Below are positions 39,798-50,523 of a stretch of 64,000 nt of DNA, piece by piece. The DNA comes from an uncultured delta proteobacterium. Lineage in GTDB: Bacteria; Myxococcota_A; UBA9160; SZUA-336. Below the pieces are notes generated by a model that was not told where the DNA came from, did not search any database, and worked only from the letters and a program-made list of their open reading frames with translations. Location: NCBI GenBank assembly GCA_963704165.1, contig CAVPHD010000003.1:548217-612216 (forward strand), given 5' to 3'. The translations under genes were made by a program, and so were the position numbers. Numbering within the stretch: the stretch's first letter is position 1; every line of letters starts with the position of its first letter.

Positions 39798-40457
39798 GTG
39801 GCCGAGGCGTTTCAGCTCTACGAAGCCCTGCTCTGGGAGCCACGATCCGGCTACTTCCTGCTCGAAGATCATCTGCGGCGCCTCGAGAAATCGGCTTCGC
39901 ACTTCCGCTTCGCTCTCGATCTCGACACGGTCCGATCAGAACTTCTGGCGCGAGCCACGACGCTGCCGGAGCGGCCGCGGAAGATCCGCCTCGAGCTCTC
40001 GGCCGACGGCACGATCGCGATCGAAGACGTCGATCCGAAGCCGAGCACACCCGTCCGGGTCGCTCTCGCGGCCTGGCCGATCGACAGCGGGGACGAGTTC
40101 CTGCGGCACAAGACCTCTCGCCGCTCGGTGTACGAGCGCGCGCTCGAAGCGCGTCCCGGAGCCGAAGACGTGCTGCTCTGGAACGAACGCCGGGAGCTCA
40201 CCGAGACGTGCACGGCGAACCTGGTGCTCGAGATCGGCGGCCGGAAGCTGACGCCGCCGGTATCGTCCGGCCTGCTGGCCGGCACATTCCGGTGTCACCT
40301 GCTCGAGCGGGGCGAGATCGAGGAGCAGGTGCTTCCGGTCGGATCTCTCCAGCGCGCCACGCACATGTTCCTGGTCAACTCCGTGCGCAGGACCTGCGAG
40401 CTCCGGCTGCTGCCGGAAGATCACGAGCCGCCGTCGGAGACCCGACGAAGCCGGTAG
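39798..40457 (+). CDS. Aminotransferase class IV (PabC-like)
   Basis: HLRRL, RHKT, LTETCTAN, GLLAGTFR, VNSVR. Confidence 0.85.
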   Translation: MAEAFQLYEALLWEPRSGYFLLEDHLRRLEKSASHFRFALDLDTVRSELLARATTLPERPRKIRLELSADGTIAIEDVDPKPSTPVRVALAAWPIDSGDEFLRHKTSRRSVYERALEARPGAEDVLLWNERRELTETCTANLVLEIGGRKLTPPVSSGLLAGTFRCHLLERGEIEEQVLPVGSLQRATHMFLVNSVRRTCELRLLPEDHEPPSETRRSR

Positions 40458-40993
40458 AGCACGTGCCGGCGCAGCGGATGTCCTTCGGGCAGGGCCGGAT
40501 GGTCGAAGTCGTCCTCGGGCCGACGGCGCATTCCGATCTTCTCCATCACGCGTCGCGACGCGGCGTTGTCCGAAACGGTGAACGACACGATCTCGTCGAG
40601 TCCGATTTCGTCGAAGCCGTAGACCGACACGGCGCGAGCGGCCTCGCTGGCATAGCCGGAATTCCAGTACTTCGAAGCGAGCCGCCAGCCGATCTCCACG
40701 CATGGCGTGAAGTGCGACTCGAAGCGGGGAATCGACAACCCGACGAAGCCCGCGAACTCCGCGACCTTCTCGATCTCCAAAGCGAAAAGACCGAATCCGT
40801 GCTCGTCGAAGTGCTCCTCGATGCGGTCCGCCAACCGGTCGCTCTCCTCGCGCGTGAGCGGGCCGGGCAGGTGCGCCGTGACCCGGGGATCGGCGTTCAG
40901 GGCTGCGAACGGAGCCCGGTCTTCGGCGCGCCATCGGCGCAGGCGAAGGCGATCGGTCCGAATCACCGACTTCTCAGGGGACGGCCGGTGCAT
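40421..40993 (-). CDS. GNAT acetyltransferase (RimJ/RimL-like)
   Basis: TDRLRLRRW, VEIGWRL, GYASEAA, NAASRRVMEKIGM. Confidence 0.9.
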   Translation of the reverse strand: MHRPSPEKSVIRTDRLRLRRWRAEDRAPFAALNADPRVTAHLPGPLTREESDRLADRIEEHFDEHGFGLFALEIEKVAEFAGFVGLSIPRFESHFTPCVEIGWRLASKYWNSGYASEAARAVSVYGFDEIGLDEIVSFTVSDNAASRRVMEKIGMRRRPEDDFDHPALPEGHPLRRHVLYRLRRVSDGGS

Positions 40994-41585
40994 TCGACTC
41001 CCGTGCGCGCTTCATCCCGGCCAGCAGCTCCGTGGCACCTTCTCCCCACTTCGAGATCACCGCCACCGCGCGGGTGAACGGGACATCGACCCGATGCACC
41101 CGCGACTTCGCGATGATGTAGATCGAGCCCGCCGCGGGCGTCGGTGCCGACGGCACGAAGACCACGCACCGCTCGTCACCGCAGTCCTCGACGAGAAAGG
41201 CCGGCACGAGCGCTTCCTCGATCTCGGCGAGCACGACCGTGAAGGCCTGCTCGCCCTCCTTTCCCACGACACGTCCCGTCAGTCCGCGGATCAGCGAGTA
41301 GCCCGGAATCCGGGCCAGCAGTGCGCGCTCGACCCGACTGTTCACCCACTGCCCTGCACGCGTGCGCGCAACCAGCCCGGCGACGAAGCAGATCGCGATC
41401 AGCAGGACGGCCGCACCGAGCGTTCGATAGTGCACCGCGGCCGGCAGTCCCGCCGTCAGCGGTGCGAGCAGCTCCATCACGCCCATCAGTGCCTTCACGA
41501 GCAGGAGGCCGGTCAGGTACACGGGAATGACGACGAGAACTCCGCCGATCAACGTCGTCCTGATGAACCTCGCCAGAGCTCGCAT
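40974..41585 (-). CDS. DUF502-like membrane protein
   Basis: RIPGYSLI, VFVPSAPTPAAG. Confidence 0.75.
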   Translation of the reverse strand: MRALARFIRTTLIGGVLVVIPVYLTGLLLVKALMGVMELLAPLTAGLPAAVHYRTLGAAVLLIAICFVAGLVARTRAGQWVNSRVERALLARIPGYSLIRGLTGRVVGKEGEQAFTVVLAEIEEALVPAFLVEDCGDERCVVFVPSAPTPAAGSIYIIAKSRVHRVDVPFTRAVAVISKWGEGATELLAGMKRARESNAPAVP

Positions 41586-41691
41586 CCCCACTCCTTCTCG
41601 CCGATGAGGTGCCAAATCAAACGGCTCCGCGACAGCGAACCCGGCCACGATGGAGATCTCGTGAAGGTCCGACTCCCGCTAGAGTCACGGA

Positions 41692-43020
41692 GTGAGCGAG
41701 CAGTGGGGTACGCGAACTGGCTTCATCCTGGCGACGATCGGATCGGCCGTCGGGCTCGGAAACATCTGGCGCTTCGCCTACGTCGTCGGAGAGAACGGCG
41801 GTGGAGCGTTTCTCCTCGTCTACCTCTTTCTCGTCGTCGTGATCGGATTGCCGCTCGTGATCGCCGAACTCGCGATTGGAAAGCGCGGGGCGGCCGACTC
41901 GGTGACCGCATTCGAGGCGCTCGCCCCGAATTCCGCCTGGCGGCACGTCGGCTGGATCGGCGTCGTCGGTTCGATGCTGGTCGTCAGCTACTACGGCGTC
42001 ATCGCCGGCTGGGCGCTCCGGTACTTCGTCGCGGCTGCGAGCGGGAGTCTGTGGCAGGTCGATGTGTTGGAATACGGCGGCTACTTCGCGCGATTCATCG
42101 CCAACGTGGGCGAGCCGCTGGGTTGGCAGCTCGCGATGGTGCTGGCCACGATGTTCATCGTCGTCGGGGGCGTAGGCCGCGGCATCGAGCGCGTGAGCTA
42201 CGTCCTGATGCCGCTGCTCGCGATCATCGTCGTCGCGCTCGCGGCGTTCTCGTTGACGTTGCCCGGGGCGGAGCGCGGCGTCGCCTTCCTGTTCTCGCCG
42301 GACTGGAGCGCGATCGCCGACCCGAAGGTTCTCTTGGCCGCTCTCGGCCAGGCCTTCTTCTCCGTCGGCGTCGGCATGGCGGTATTCGTGACCTACGGCG
42401 GTTACATGCGGCGGGACTTCAGCATTCCGAAATCCGCCGCGATCATCGTCGCGGGCGACACGCTCTTCGCGATCGTCGCAGGTCTGGCGATCTTCCCCGC
42501 CGTCTTCGCCTTCGGCGGCGATCCCGGGGCGGGACCGGAGCTCGCCTTCATCACGCTCCCCCAGGTTTTCGTCGGTATGCCGGCAGGGCGGCTGATCGCT
42601 CCCGTCTTCTTCTTCCTTCTCAGTGCCGCGGCACTGACCTCGATGATCGCAATGCTCGAAGTCCCGGTGGCGACGGTGATGCACCGCCTCGGGATGGCGC
42701 GCTTTCGCGCGGTATCACGGGTCGGTGTCGCGGTCCTCGTGACCGGAGTACCTTCGGGCTTGAGCTACGGCGTGCTCCGCGAAGTCACGCTCTTCGGGCT
42801 TCCGATTCTGGACGCGACCGACGCCTTCGTGTCGGACTTCGTGCTCCCCTTGGGCGGATTCGGACTCGCGGTCTTTGCCGGTTGGATCCTGCCGCGGCGG
42901 CTGATCACCAGGACGGCGGGTTTTTCCGACGGCGTGTCGGGGCGTGTGTTTCTCTGGACGCTGCGCGCGCTGCCGGTGCTTCTCGCGGGTTTGATGATCT
43001 ACCGCGCGCTCGCGGGCTGA
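41692..43020 (+). CDS. Sodium:neurotransmitter symporter (NSS/SNF) family transporter
   Basis: GSAVGLGNIWRF, NGGGAF, GQAFFS, GPELAFITLP. Confidence 0.95.
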   Translation: MSEQWGTRTGFILATIGSAVGLGNIWRFAYVVGENGGGAFLLVYLFLVVVIGLPLVIAELAIGKRGAADSVTAFEALAPNSAWRHVGWIGVVGSMLVVSYYGVIAGWALRYFVAAASGSLWQVDVLEYGGYFARFIANVGEPLGWQLAMVLATMFIVVGGVGRGIERVSYVLMPLLAIIVVALAAFSLTLPGAERGVAFLFSPDWSAIADPKVLLAALGQAFFSVGVGMAVFVTYGGYMRRDFSIPKSAAIIVAGDTLFAIVAGLAIFPAVFAFGGDPGAGPELAFITLPQVFVGMPAGRLIAPVFFFLLSAAALTSMIAMLEVPVATVMHRLGMARFRAVSRVGVAVLVTGVPSGLSYGVLREVTLFGLPILDATDAFVSDFVLPLGGFGLAVFAGWILPRRLITRTAGFSDGVSGRVFLWTLRALPVLLAGLMIYRALAG

Positions 43021-43030
43021 GACACCGACC

Positions 43031-43996
43031 TCACTGCTGTTGCTGTTGCTGGGGGTCCCCCGTCTGCGGTGCACGCGGATCGTTCGCCGAGGGGAGCGGT
43101 GGCTCGCGGTAGACGGGAACGGCGATCTCTCCGATCTCCTCGTGAAGGCGCGCGACGTCCCGCTGCTGGGATCTTCGCGTGTGAACCTCGGCGTGGAGCT
43201 TCTCGCTGGAGCTGCCCCGGTAGATGCCGCGGTTCGGAGGCACGTCCTCGTAGTTCCGTCCCTGCCCGACGTGGATGTAGTTCTCGTCGGGGACCTGTCC
43301 GTGCGTAGGATCGAACGCGACCCACCCACCGGCACTCGCGTGGATCTCGACCCATGCGTGGCTCTGGGAAGGCAACCCGTCGCTGCGCTCCACGTGCAGA
43401 TAGCCGCTCACGTACCGGCACGGAATCATGCGCAGTCGCAGGATGCCGAGCATGACCTGGGTGAAGTCCTGGCAGACGCCCGCGCCCTGACGTAGCACGT
43501 CGTCGGTGGTGGATTGCCAATCGGTGACGTCGGAGCGGTACTGGATCTTCTCGCGCAGCACGCGACCGATTCCCTCCACCTGCGCTCCGATCGACAGATC
43601 GCGCGGAACTCCCAGAGCCCGGTCGAACTCCGCGAGCGCTTGCGAACGTGCGACGGGCCCGCCGAAACTCGTGAAGTCGAGAAGCGCTCCGAGATTCGAA
43701 GCCGCGACAGGCCGGTCCGTGAGCGAGGCGAGAGCGGGGTACATGGGGTGCGTGTCGACGACCGAACGCGCGAGGATCTCGAGTCGGTCGTGATAGTCGG
43801 CGACGCCGAAGTGGTGCACGATGTTGCCGTTCCAATCCCGGTAACGCGCGACGCTCGCACGCGGCCCGACGGCGAGGTAGAACGAGCGCGTCGTCTGGTG
43901 CTCCGAGATCGGCGGCTCCGCGCGGAGCTCCATCCACGACTCGCGGATGAAGCCGTTGTACTCGAACGAGAGCTTGTGTTCGATGTCGAGTCGCAT
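43031..43996 (-). CDS. Transglutaminase-like protein with bacterial N-terminal domain
   Basis: GVCQDFT, YVSGYL, SHAWVE, FDPT triad motifs; C-terminal QQQQQQ. Confidence 0.92.
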   Translation of the reverse strand: MRLDIEHKLSFEYNGFIRESWMELRAEPPISEHQTTRSFYLAVGPRASVARYRDWNGNIVHHFGVADYHDRLEILARSVVDTHPMYPALASLTDRPVAASNLGALLDFTSFGGPVARSQALAEFDRALGVPRDLSIGAQVEGIGRVLREKIQYRSDVTDWQSTTDDVLRQGAGVCQDFTQVMLGILRLRMIPCRYVSGYLHVERSDGLPSQSHAWVEIHASAGGWVAFDPTHGQVPDENYIHVGQGRNYEDVPPNRGIYRGSSSEKLHAEVHTRRSQQRDVARLHEEIGEIAVPVYREPPLPSANDPRAPQTGDPQQQQQQ

Positions 43997-43999
43997 GCG

Positions 44000-44966
44000 T
44001 CAGCCCGGAAAATACTGACGGGTGATGGCGTCGTGGGCGGCCATGAGCTCGCGTACCACTTCGTCGCAGAAACGGCTCAGGTCGGGATCGGGACATGATC
44101 TGGTCATCCTCGTAAGTGAGACGGGCGTGCAGCTTGCCGATCGTCCGCTCCGCGGAGCTCGACCTGCGCCGCGCCCGGAAGCTGTCGCACGTAGGTGGCG
44201 ATCCGATTGACGCCGCAGAGACCGACACGGGGCGCCGAGCGATCGAAGAGCAGGAAGCGAAGAACCGCTCGCGAACCAGCCCCGCGCCGTGAACGCGCCG
44301 GAAGTTCTCGAGCGATGCCAGAGAGCGCAGGAGTCCGCGCCAGCGCGCATAGATGAGCGGGAGATCGCGCTCGCCCGTCGGGTCTTTCAACGCCGGGCAG
44401 CTTCGCGCGCAGGACCAGGATCGTGCGGCGCGTGCGCTCGATCGCCTCGCCGAGCTTCATGAAGGTCCAGCCCTGGTCTCGGGTGAGCGTGTTCTCGACC
44501 GATGCCCAGCGTCGTGAGCACCTGGCGGTGCGCGCGGACGATCTCGTGTGGGCGGTGACGGGGTCGGACGGCGGCGACCGGCGAAGGTTCTCGAGCGCGA
44601 GATAGCCCTCGTTCAGGTTGCGAATACACCTCCCGCGTCAGCGCTTCGCGCACGGATCGCGCGTTCTCTCGCGCGCGGCCCATGCAGTTCCGCACCGACA
44701 CGGGATTCTCGGGGTCGAGCAACAACCAGTTCATGTACACGACCGAGAGCGCCCTTTCGTCGTTCGAGATCGGAACCGGTGTGCCGCCTGCGGGAACCGC
44801 ATCGATCACGTCGCGCCATTCGTCACGCGCGAGCGCCGGGTCGAGACCTTCGATCTCGACCGAGAGCTCGCTCGCGACCAACGCAGAGGCGGCGTCACGT
44901 TCTCCGCACGCTCCAGGTAGCGACCCAGTCCAGATAGAGGGAATCGGCGACACGCGAGAGGATCAT
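44000..44966 (-). CDS. Alpha-E domain protein, heavily frameshifted
   Basis: [55 protein letters not shown] across frames; operon context. Confidence 0.78.
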
Positions 44967-46404
44967 TTCGGCTTCTCGTCGAGCACCCAGGTGTCCTTGC
45001 TGCCGCCGCCCTGCGAGGAGTTCACGACGTACGAGCCCTCGCGCAGCGCGACGCGTGTGAGCCCGCCCGGCAGCACGCGCACGCGATCGCCGTAGAGCAC
45101 GAACGGCCGCAGGTCGATGCGACGCGGCCGGAAGGCGTCTGTCGAGAAAGGTGCGGGCTGCGAAGAGAGCTCGACGAGCGGCTGCGCGATGTAGCCGCCG
45201 GGATTGCGTCAGCATCTGGCTTGCGGTACTCGGCGATCTCGTTCTTGCTCGCGAAGGGCCCCATCAACATGCCGTAGCCGCCGGAGTCGCCGGTCGTCTT
45301 CACGACCAGCTCGTGCAGGTGCTCGAGCATGTAGGCGAAGTCGTCGTCGCGCATTCCGACGTAGGTCGGCACCTGACCGAGCAGCGGTTCCTCGCCGAGA
45401 TAGAAGCGGATCAGATCGGGCATGAACGCGTAGGTCGCCTTGTCGTCGGCCACGCCGGCTCCCGGCGCGTTGGCGAGCGCCACGTTGCCCGCGCGGTAGG
45501 CGTTGATCAGGCCGGGTACGCCGAGCGTGCTGTCGCGCCGGAAGGCCAGAGGATCGAGGAAGTCGTCGTCGATGCGCCGATAGATCACGTTCGACGCGCT
45601 GGCGGCCTTCGGTGGTGCGCATGAAGACCTGATTGTCTTCGACGACGAGATCGCGGCCTTCGACCAGCGGGACGCCCATCTCGCGCGCGAGAAAGGAGTG
45701 CTCGAAGTAGGCGGAGTTGAAGATCCCCGGCGTCAGCAGCACCGCGCGCGCCGACTGGCCCTCGAGCGGCGCGGAGTGCGCGAGCGTGTCGAGCAGGAGC
45801 TGCGGGTAGCTCTCGACGGCCGCACCGGGTGCGACGCGAAGAGCTCGGGAAACGACCGCTCAAGAGGTTCCGGTTCTCGAGCACGTACGAGACGCCGCTC
45901 GGGCAGCGGCAGTTGTCCTCCAGCACCAGGTACTCACCGCGCTCGTTGCGGATCAGATCGGTCCCGACCACGTGGGTGTAGACCTTCGCGCGGCGGAGAC
46001 ACTCCGAGCAGCTCGCGCTTGAACTCCTTGCGCGTGAGCACCAGCTCCCACGGCACGATGCCCTCGTGCAGGCACCGCTGCTCGCCGTAGACGTCGGAGA
46101 GGAACAGGTTGAGCGCCGTCACGCGCTGGACGAGGCCGTCTTCGATCTGCTTCCACTCGTCCGCTGGAATGATGCGCGGCACGAAGTCGAACGGAAAGAT
46201 CCGCTCGACACCCTCGTCCTCGCCGTACACGGCGAACGTGATGCCCTGGTTCAAGAGCGAGAGCTGGATCAGCTTCTCGCGGCGCGCGATCTCCTTCGGA
46301 TCGAGCGCACCGAGCGTCGCCACGAGCTCGGCATAGTGGGGGCGCGGACGATCCTTGGCCTCGAAGATCTCGTCGAAGCCTTCCGCCTCTCGTAGCCACT
46401 GCAT
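44963..46404 (-). CDS. Circularly permuted type 2 ATP-grasp protein, frameshifted
   Basis: [67 protein letters not shown]. Confidence 0.88.
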
Positions 46405-46503
46405 TCCTGTTTCCTCCCCGGTCCGCTTCCCAGAGTACCGTACTCGCGTCCGTCGGCAGGTCGCCGGTAGAATCGCGACCCGTCATTGCACTTTGGAGGT
46501 CAG

Positions 46504-47364
46504 ATGCGCGCGTATCGAACCGCCCTGTTCGACAATGCCCGGTGGACCGGCTTCGAACCCCATCCGGCGGACGTCTTCGTCTGTACGCCGCCGAAGTGCG
46601 GGACCACCTGGACCCAGACCATCGTCGCCAATCTACTGTGGCCCGACGGGAATCTGCCCGCGCCGGTGATGCAGATCTCGCCCTGGCTCGAAGCGCTGTT
46701 CATGCCGGAGGCGATCGTGCACGCGTTGCTCGCAGCGCAGAACTTTCGCCGGGTGATCAAGAGCCACACGCCGGCCGACGGGATTCCTTGGTTTCCGGAT
46801 GCACGATACATCTTCGTCGCGCGTGACGGGCGCGATGCGTTCATGTCGATGGTGAATCACATGGAGCGCATGAAGATGACCGACGTGCTCAATGAGCAGG
46901 CGGCGCGCGACGGGATTCCCGGCATTCCCACCTACGACGGCGACGTTCACCGCTACTTCGCCGAGTGGCTGAAGGACGAGTTCGTGTTCTTCGGGATCGT
47001 TTCGAGCTTCTGGGAGAAACGCCACGATCCCCGTCTGTTGATGGTCCATTTCAACGATCTCAAGCGGGATCTCGCGGGAGAGATGCGGCGCATCGCAGAT
47101 CATCTCGGGATCTCGATCCCCGAGAGCTCCTGGCCGGCGGTCGTCGCGCGCTGCACGTTCGAAGCCATGCGCGAGAACGAGTCGATGGTCGGCGACATGA
47201 GCATCGCCTTCGAGGGCGGTACCAAGGGCTTCCTGTTCAAGGGCACGAACGGCCGCTGGCGCGACGCGCTCACCGCGGACGAGGTCGCGAGCTACCAGAA
47301 GCGACTCGACTCCGAACTGCCGCCCGAAGCATCGCGCTGGCTCGAACGGGGCCGGCTCGGCTGA
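46504..47364 (+). CDS. PAPS-dependent sulfotransferase domain protein
   Basis: PKCGTTW, IKSH, RDGRDAFMS, FKGTNGRW. Confidence 0.92.
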   Translation: MRAYRTALFDNARWTGFEPHPADVFVCTPPKCGTTWTQTIVANLLWPDGNLPAPVMQISPWLEALFMPEAIVHALLAAQNFRRVIKSHTPADGIPWFPDARYIFVARDGRDAFMSMVNHMERMKMTDVLNEQAARDGIPGIPTYDGDVHRYFAEWLKDEFVFFGIVSSFWEKRHDPRLLMVHFNDLKRDLAGEMRRIADHLGISIPESSWPAVVARCTFEAMRENESMVGDMSIAFEGGTKGFLFKGTNGRWRDALTADEVASYQKRLDSELPPEASRWLERGRLG

Positions 47365-47374
47365 ACCGGTTCGA

Positions 47375-47803
47375 TCATTCGACATCGACGACCACGGACG
47401 CGGCGGAGCGCCGACCCCGCGCGTGCCAGACGACCTCGATGTTGTTCCCATCCGGATCCAGCACGAAAGCCGCGTAGTAGCCGGGATGGTACGACCGTTC
47501 CGCAGGACGACCGTTGTCGCGTCCGCCCGCTTCGATCGCCGCATCGAAGAAGCGAACCACCGATTCGCGATCGGACGCCTGGAAGGCGAGATGAACGCGG
47601 TGCGGTGGTGTCGCCTCGACTCCGAGCTCGGCCCGGTTGCTGACGAAGAGCTCGTCGCACGCGAATGCGTTCTCCGACTCGAAGCTGAACTCCAAACCGA
47701 TGGCATCGAGCGCTGCACGATAGAAGCGCTTCGACACTTCGATGTCGGCGACCACGAGGTGGATGTGATCGATCAGGCGGCCCAGGTGATCGCGTCGCGG
47801 CAC
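47375..47803 (-). CDS. VOC/glyoxalase family protein
   Basis: GRLIDHIHL, VHLAFQA, YHPGYYAAFVLDPDGNNIE. Confidence 0.9.
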   Translation of the reverse strand: MPRRDHLGRLIDHIHLVVADIEVSKRFYRAALDAIGLEFSFESENAFACDELFVSNRAELGVEATPPHRVHLAFQASDRESVVRFFDAAIEAGGRDNGRPAERSYHPGYYAAFVLDPDGNNIEVVWHARGRRSAASVVVDVE

Positions 47804-47825
47804 GAGACCTCCGCTCCGCTCGCGT

Positions 47826-48254
47826 TCATCCGCCGAGGTGGGCGAGCGCCGCCCGGCCGACCATCCCAAAGAGCGCGAGCGCGGAGACGAGGTAGAGGTT
47901 GAAGCGCAGCAGCACGAGGTTGACCGTACAGTGCACCGCGCTGTGCAGGATGCGGAACACGGCGAAGACCCACGCGAGTCCGACGTGCGTTCCATCGACC
48001 TGACCGACGGCAAACAGGTAGAGGACGACCGCGTAGAAGAGCACCGGCAGCTCGAAGAGGTTCTTCAGGTTGTCGGACGGGTTCGACACGACGGCCGGAG
48101 AGTGGAGCGCGAGCGCGCCGGGTACGGAGAGAGCCTTCGGACTGAGGTTGCTCGTTCGAATGAAGCTGATCCGGCGGATGTACATGTACACCCAGACGAC
48201 GAACGTCAGGACCATCATCGCGAAGAACGGACCGAAGATCGACGTCTCTGACAC
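47826..48254 (-). CDS. MAPEG family membrane protein
   Basis: NLKNLFELPVLFY, RILHSAVH. Confidence 0.88.
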   Translation of the reverse strand: MSETSIFGPFFAMMVLTFVVWVYMYIRRISFIRTSNLSPKALSVPGALALHSPAVVSNPSDNLKNLFELPVLFYAVVLYLFAVGQVDGTHVGLAWVFAVFRILHSAVHCTVNLVLLRFNLYLVSALALFGMVGRAALAHLGG

Positions 48255-49314
48255 TCACTCACCTCCGGGTTTCTGGCGGCACCCGTCCTCGAAGACCGCG
48301 ATCTCCTGCTCATCGTACGGCGTTCCGTCGGGATGCAGTAGGTCGTGGTGCCAGATGGTTCGCCGCCCCAGGCGTCGGCAGGCCGGGCCAGGGAAGGTGC
48401 GTCTGCGTGCGACCGTTCACGAGACCCCAGTGGAAGCAGCCGATGCGCTCGTCGGCAAAGTACGGAAGATGCGTGCCGGGGAGCGAACCGAGGCTTCGCG
48501 CCAGCCACTCGGTGCACATGAGCGGGCGTCCCCATGCACGCAGCCGTTCCACCTGCCGCGCGAGTCGCTCGACAGAAAAGTAGTTGTGGAAGCTCACGAA
48601 GTCGGAGAGTTCGAGCAGCGGCGTTTCGCGGGTCTGCCACTCGCGACTCCACACGCCGCAGGTCAGTGGCTGGCTCGGCCGCGCACCGCGCGCCCAGTCG
48701 AAGCAGGCTTCGGCGAGCGCGATGCTGTGGGGCGCCAGTGGCCCGTCCGGGTGCGGCACGGCCGCGCGAGTGAAGACGGCCTCGTTCCCGGGCTCGTTGT
48801 AGAGATCCCACGCCAGCACACGCTCGTCGTCGGCGAAATGCGACACGACATCGCGTGCATAGCGCTCGAGGTCCGGCCAGGTCGATCGGTCGCGCACCGC
48901 CGCACGACCGGGACTCGCCGCGCCGCCGCTGTTGTGGATTCCGGGAGTCGGCTCGTCCTGCGCGCCGAGGTACGGCTCCCGACCGCTGAACGCGCAGTCG
49001 TCGAAGAGGCAGAGCATCGTGCGCATTCCGTTCCGCGCGGCCGCGCCGAGGAAGCGATCGATGCGCGCCCGAAGTCCGACTGCATCGTCACGCCACACCA
49101 GGTACTGCAGGTTGGTTCGGATCGCCGTGAAGCCGATTCGCCCGGCCCACTCGAGTTCCTGCTCGATCGTCTCGGGATCGAAGCTCTCCGCCTGCCACTG
49201 CTCGGTCCAGTTCACCGCCGTGCGCGGCAGGTAGTTGAACCCGACGATCCACGGCTGCCGCGCGTACCACTCCCCTATGCGATCGATCGGCCACCGTTCC
49301 ACCCGCGCTCCCAC
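48255..49314 (-). CDS. Clan-A (GH5-like) glycoside hydrolase, frameshift near 48360
   Basis: GFNYLP, WDLYNEP, SFHNY, CTEWLAR; alternate-frame tail WHHDLLHPDGTPYD...GGE*. Confidence 0.85.
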
Positions 49315-49342
49315 CTCGATTTCGTCGCGCAGGCCCGCGGGA

Positions 49343-50029
49343 TCAAACGCGGACCGTGAGCTCCAGACCGCCTTCGAACGGCAGCGTCATCGTCCGTAGC
49401 CGGTTTCTCGGATCGTTCACGAACTCGAAGAATCCGCGGTACTGCTCGACGTGCGAGGCCGTGTTGTCGCAGACGACGATCGCCCCAGGACGCAAGCTCG
49501 GCGACACGCGCTCGAGCGCGGCGAGAGCGACTTCCCAGATGTCGAGCAGCAGGAAGTCCACCGGTCCGCCGACGTCGAGAAGCGTCTCGCGTAGATCCCC
49601 TTCGCGAAGCTCGATGAACTCGCCGAGTCCCGCTTCCTCGAAGTTCGCGCGCGCGGCCGCCGCCTTCTTCGGCTCGTACTCGGTTCCGATCACGACTCCG
49701 TTCTTCACGCCGTTGTCGCGAACCGCGGCCGCGAGGTAGAGCGTCGAGACCCCGAACGACGTTCCGGCCTCGACGACGCGCGCCGCCCGGAGCGCACGGC
49801 AGAGCTGGTAACAGAAGAGCGCCTTGTCCCGGTCGAGCGCGACGAGCTTGTCCGAGAAGAAGCCGTGCAGATCGGCATCGAACGAACTCCCGGGACCGAG
49901 CGTGCCCTCCTTGGCGCGCCGCGCGAAGTAGGCGTTGGTCTCGGCGACCTGCGCGTCGCTCCGCGCGTGCAGGCGATCGAGCAGGGTCTCGAGCTTCGGA
50001 TCGCAGAGTGGAGATCGAGACGCGGTCAT
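49343..50029 (-). CDS. Class I SAM O-methyltransferase
   Basis: VEAGTSFGVSTLY, GDLRETL, LLDIW, LRPGAIVVCDN. Confidence 0.9.
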   Translation of the reverse strand: MTASRSPLCDPKLETLLDRLHARSDAQVAETNAYFARRAKEGTLGPGSSFDADLHGFFSDKLVALDRDKALFCYQLCRALRAARVVEAGTSFGVSTLYLAAAVRDNGVKNGVVIGTEYEPKKAAAARANFEEAGLGEFIELREGDLRETLLDVGGPVDFLLLDIWEVALAALERVSPSLRPGAIVVCDNTASHVEQYRGFFEFVNDPRNRLRTMTLPFEGGLELTVRV

Positions 50030-50053
50030 GGCGTCAATCTACACGAAATCGGC

Positions 50054-50521
50054 TCAGGCTCTCGGCTCGCACACGAAGATCGGGATGTCGCGAGTCGTCC
50101 GCGTGCGGTACTCGGCGTACGGTGCGTAGTGTCGATCGCAGATCGGCCAGAGCTCCGGCTTCTCGTCGGACCGCGCCAGGCGCGCGCGGAGCTTCATCTT
50201 CCGGCCACGGTGATTCACGCCGATGTCGCCGTGCTGCACCAGGTTGTGGTACCAGGCCGGGTTCCTCGGGGCGCCGCCCTGCGACGCGACCAGGAGCACA
50301 CCGTCGCGATACGGAACGTGCATCAGGGGAATCGTCAGCAGACGGCCGCTCTTCGCGCCCGTCATCGTCACGAAGCAGACGTCATCGCCCGAGAGCGTGT
50401 TGAAGAAGCGTCCGCCGGTCAGGCGGTGCAGAAGCACGTGCAGACGGGTGACGGTCTTGAGCACCCAACGCGGGGGAGGTGCGCCCTTTCCCGATGGCGT
50501 CCCCGCAGACTCGATCGTCAT
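50054..50521 (-). CDS. Deazaflavin (F420)-dependent nitroreductase/DDN family
   Basis: TGAKSG, VASQGGAPRNPAWYHNL, YAEYRTRTTRDIPIF. Confidence 0.9.
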   Translation of the reverse strand: MTIESAGTPSGKGAPPPRWVLKTVTRLHVLLHRLTGGRFFNTLSGDDVCFVTMTGAKSGRLLTIPLMHVPYRDGVLLVASQGGAPRNPAWYHNLVQHGDIGVNHRGRKMKLRARLARSDEKPELWPICDRHYAPYAEYRTRTTRDIPIFVCEPRA

Positions 50522-50523
50522 GC

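Noticed and set aside
41600..41620. Possible sigma54 promoter (TTTGGCAC on minus strand)
   Set aside because: No TTGC -12 element at the required spacing
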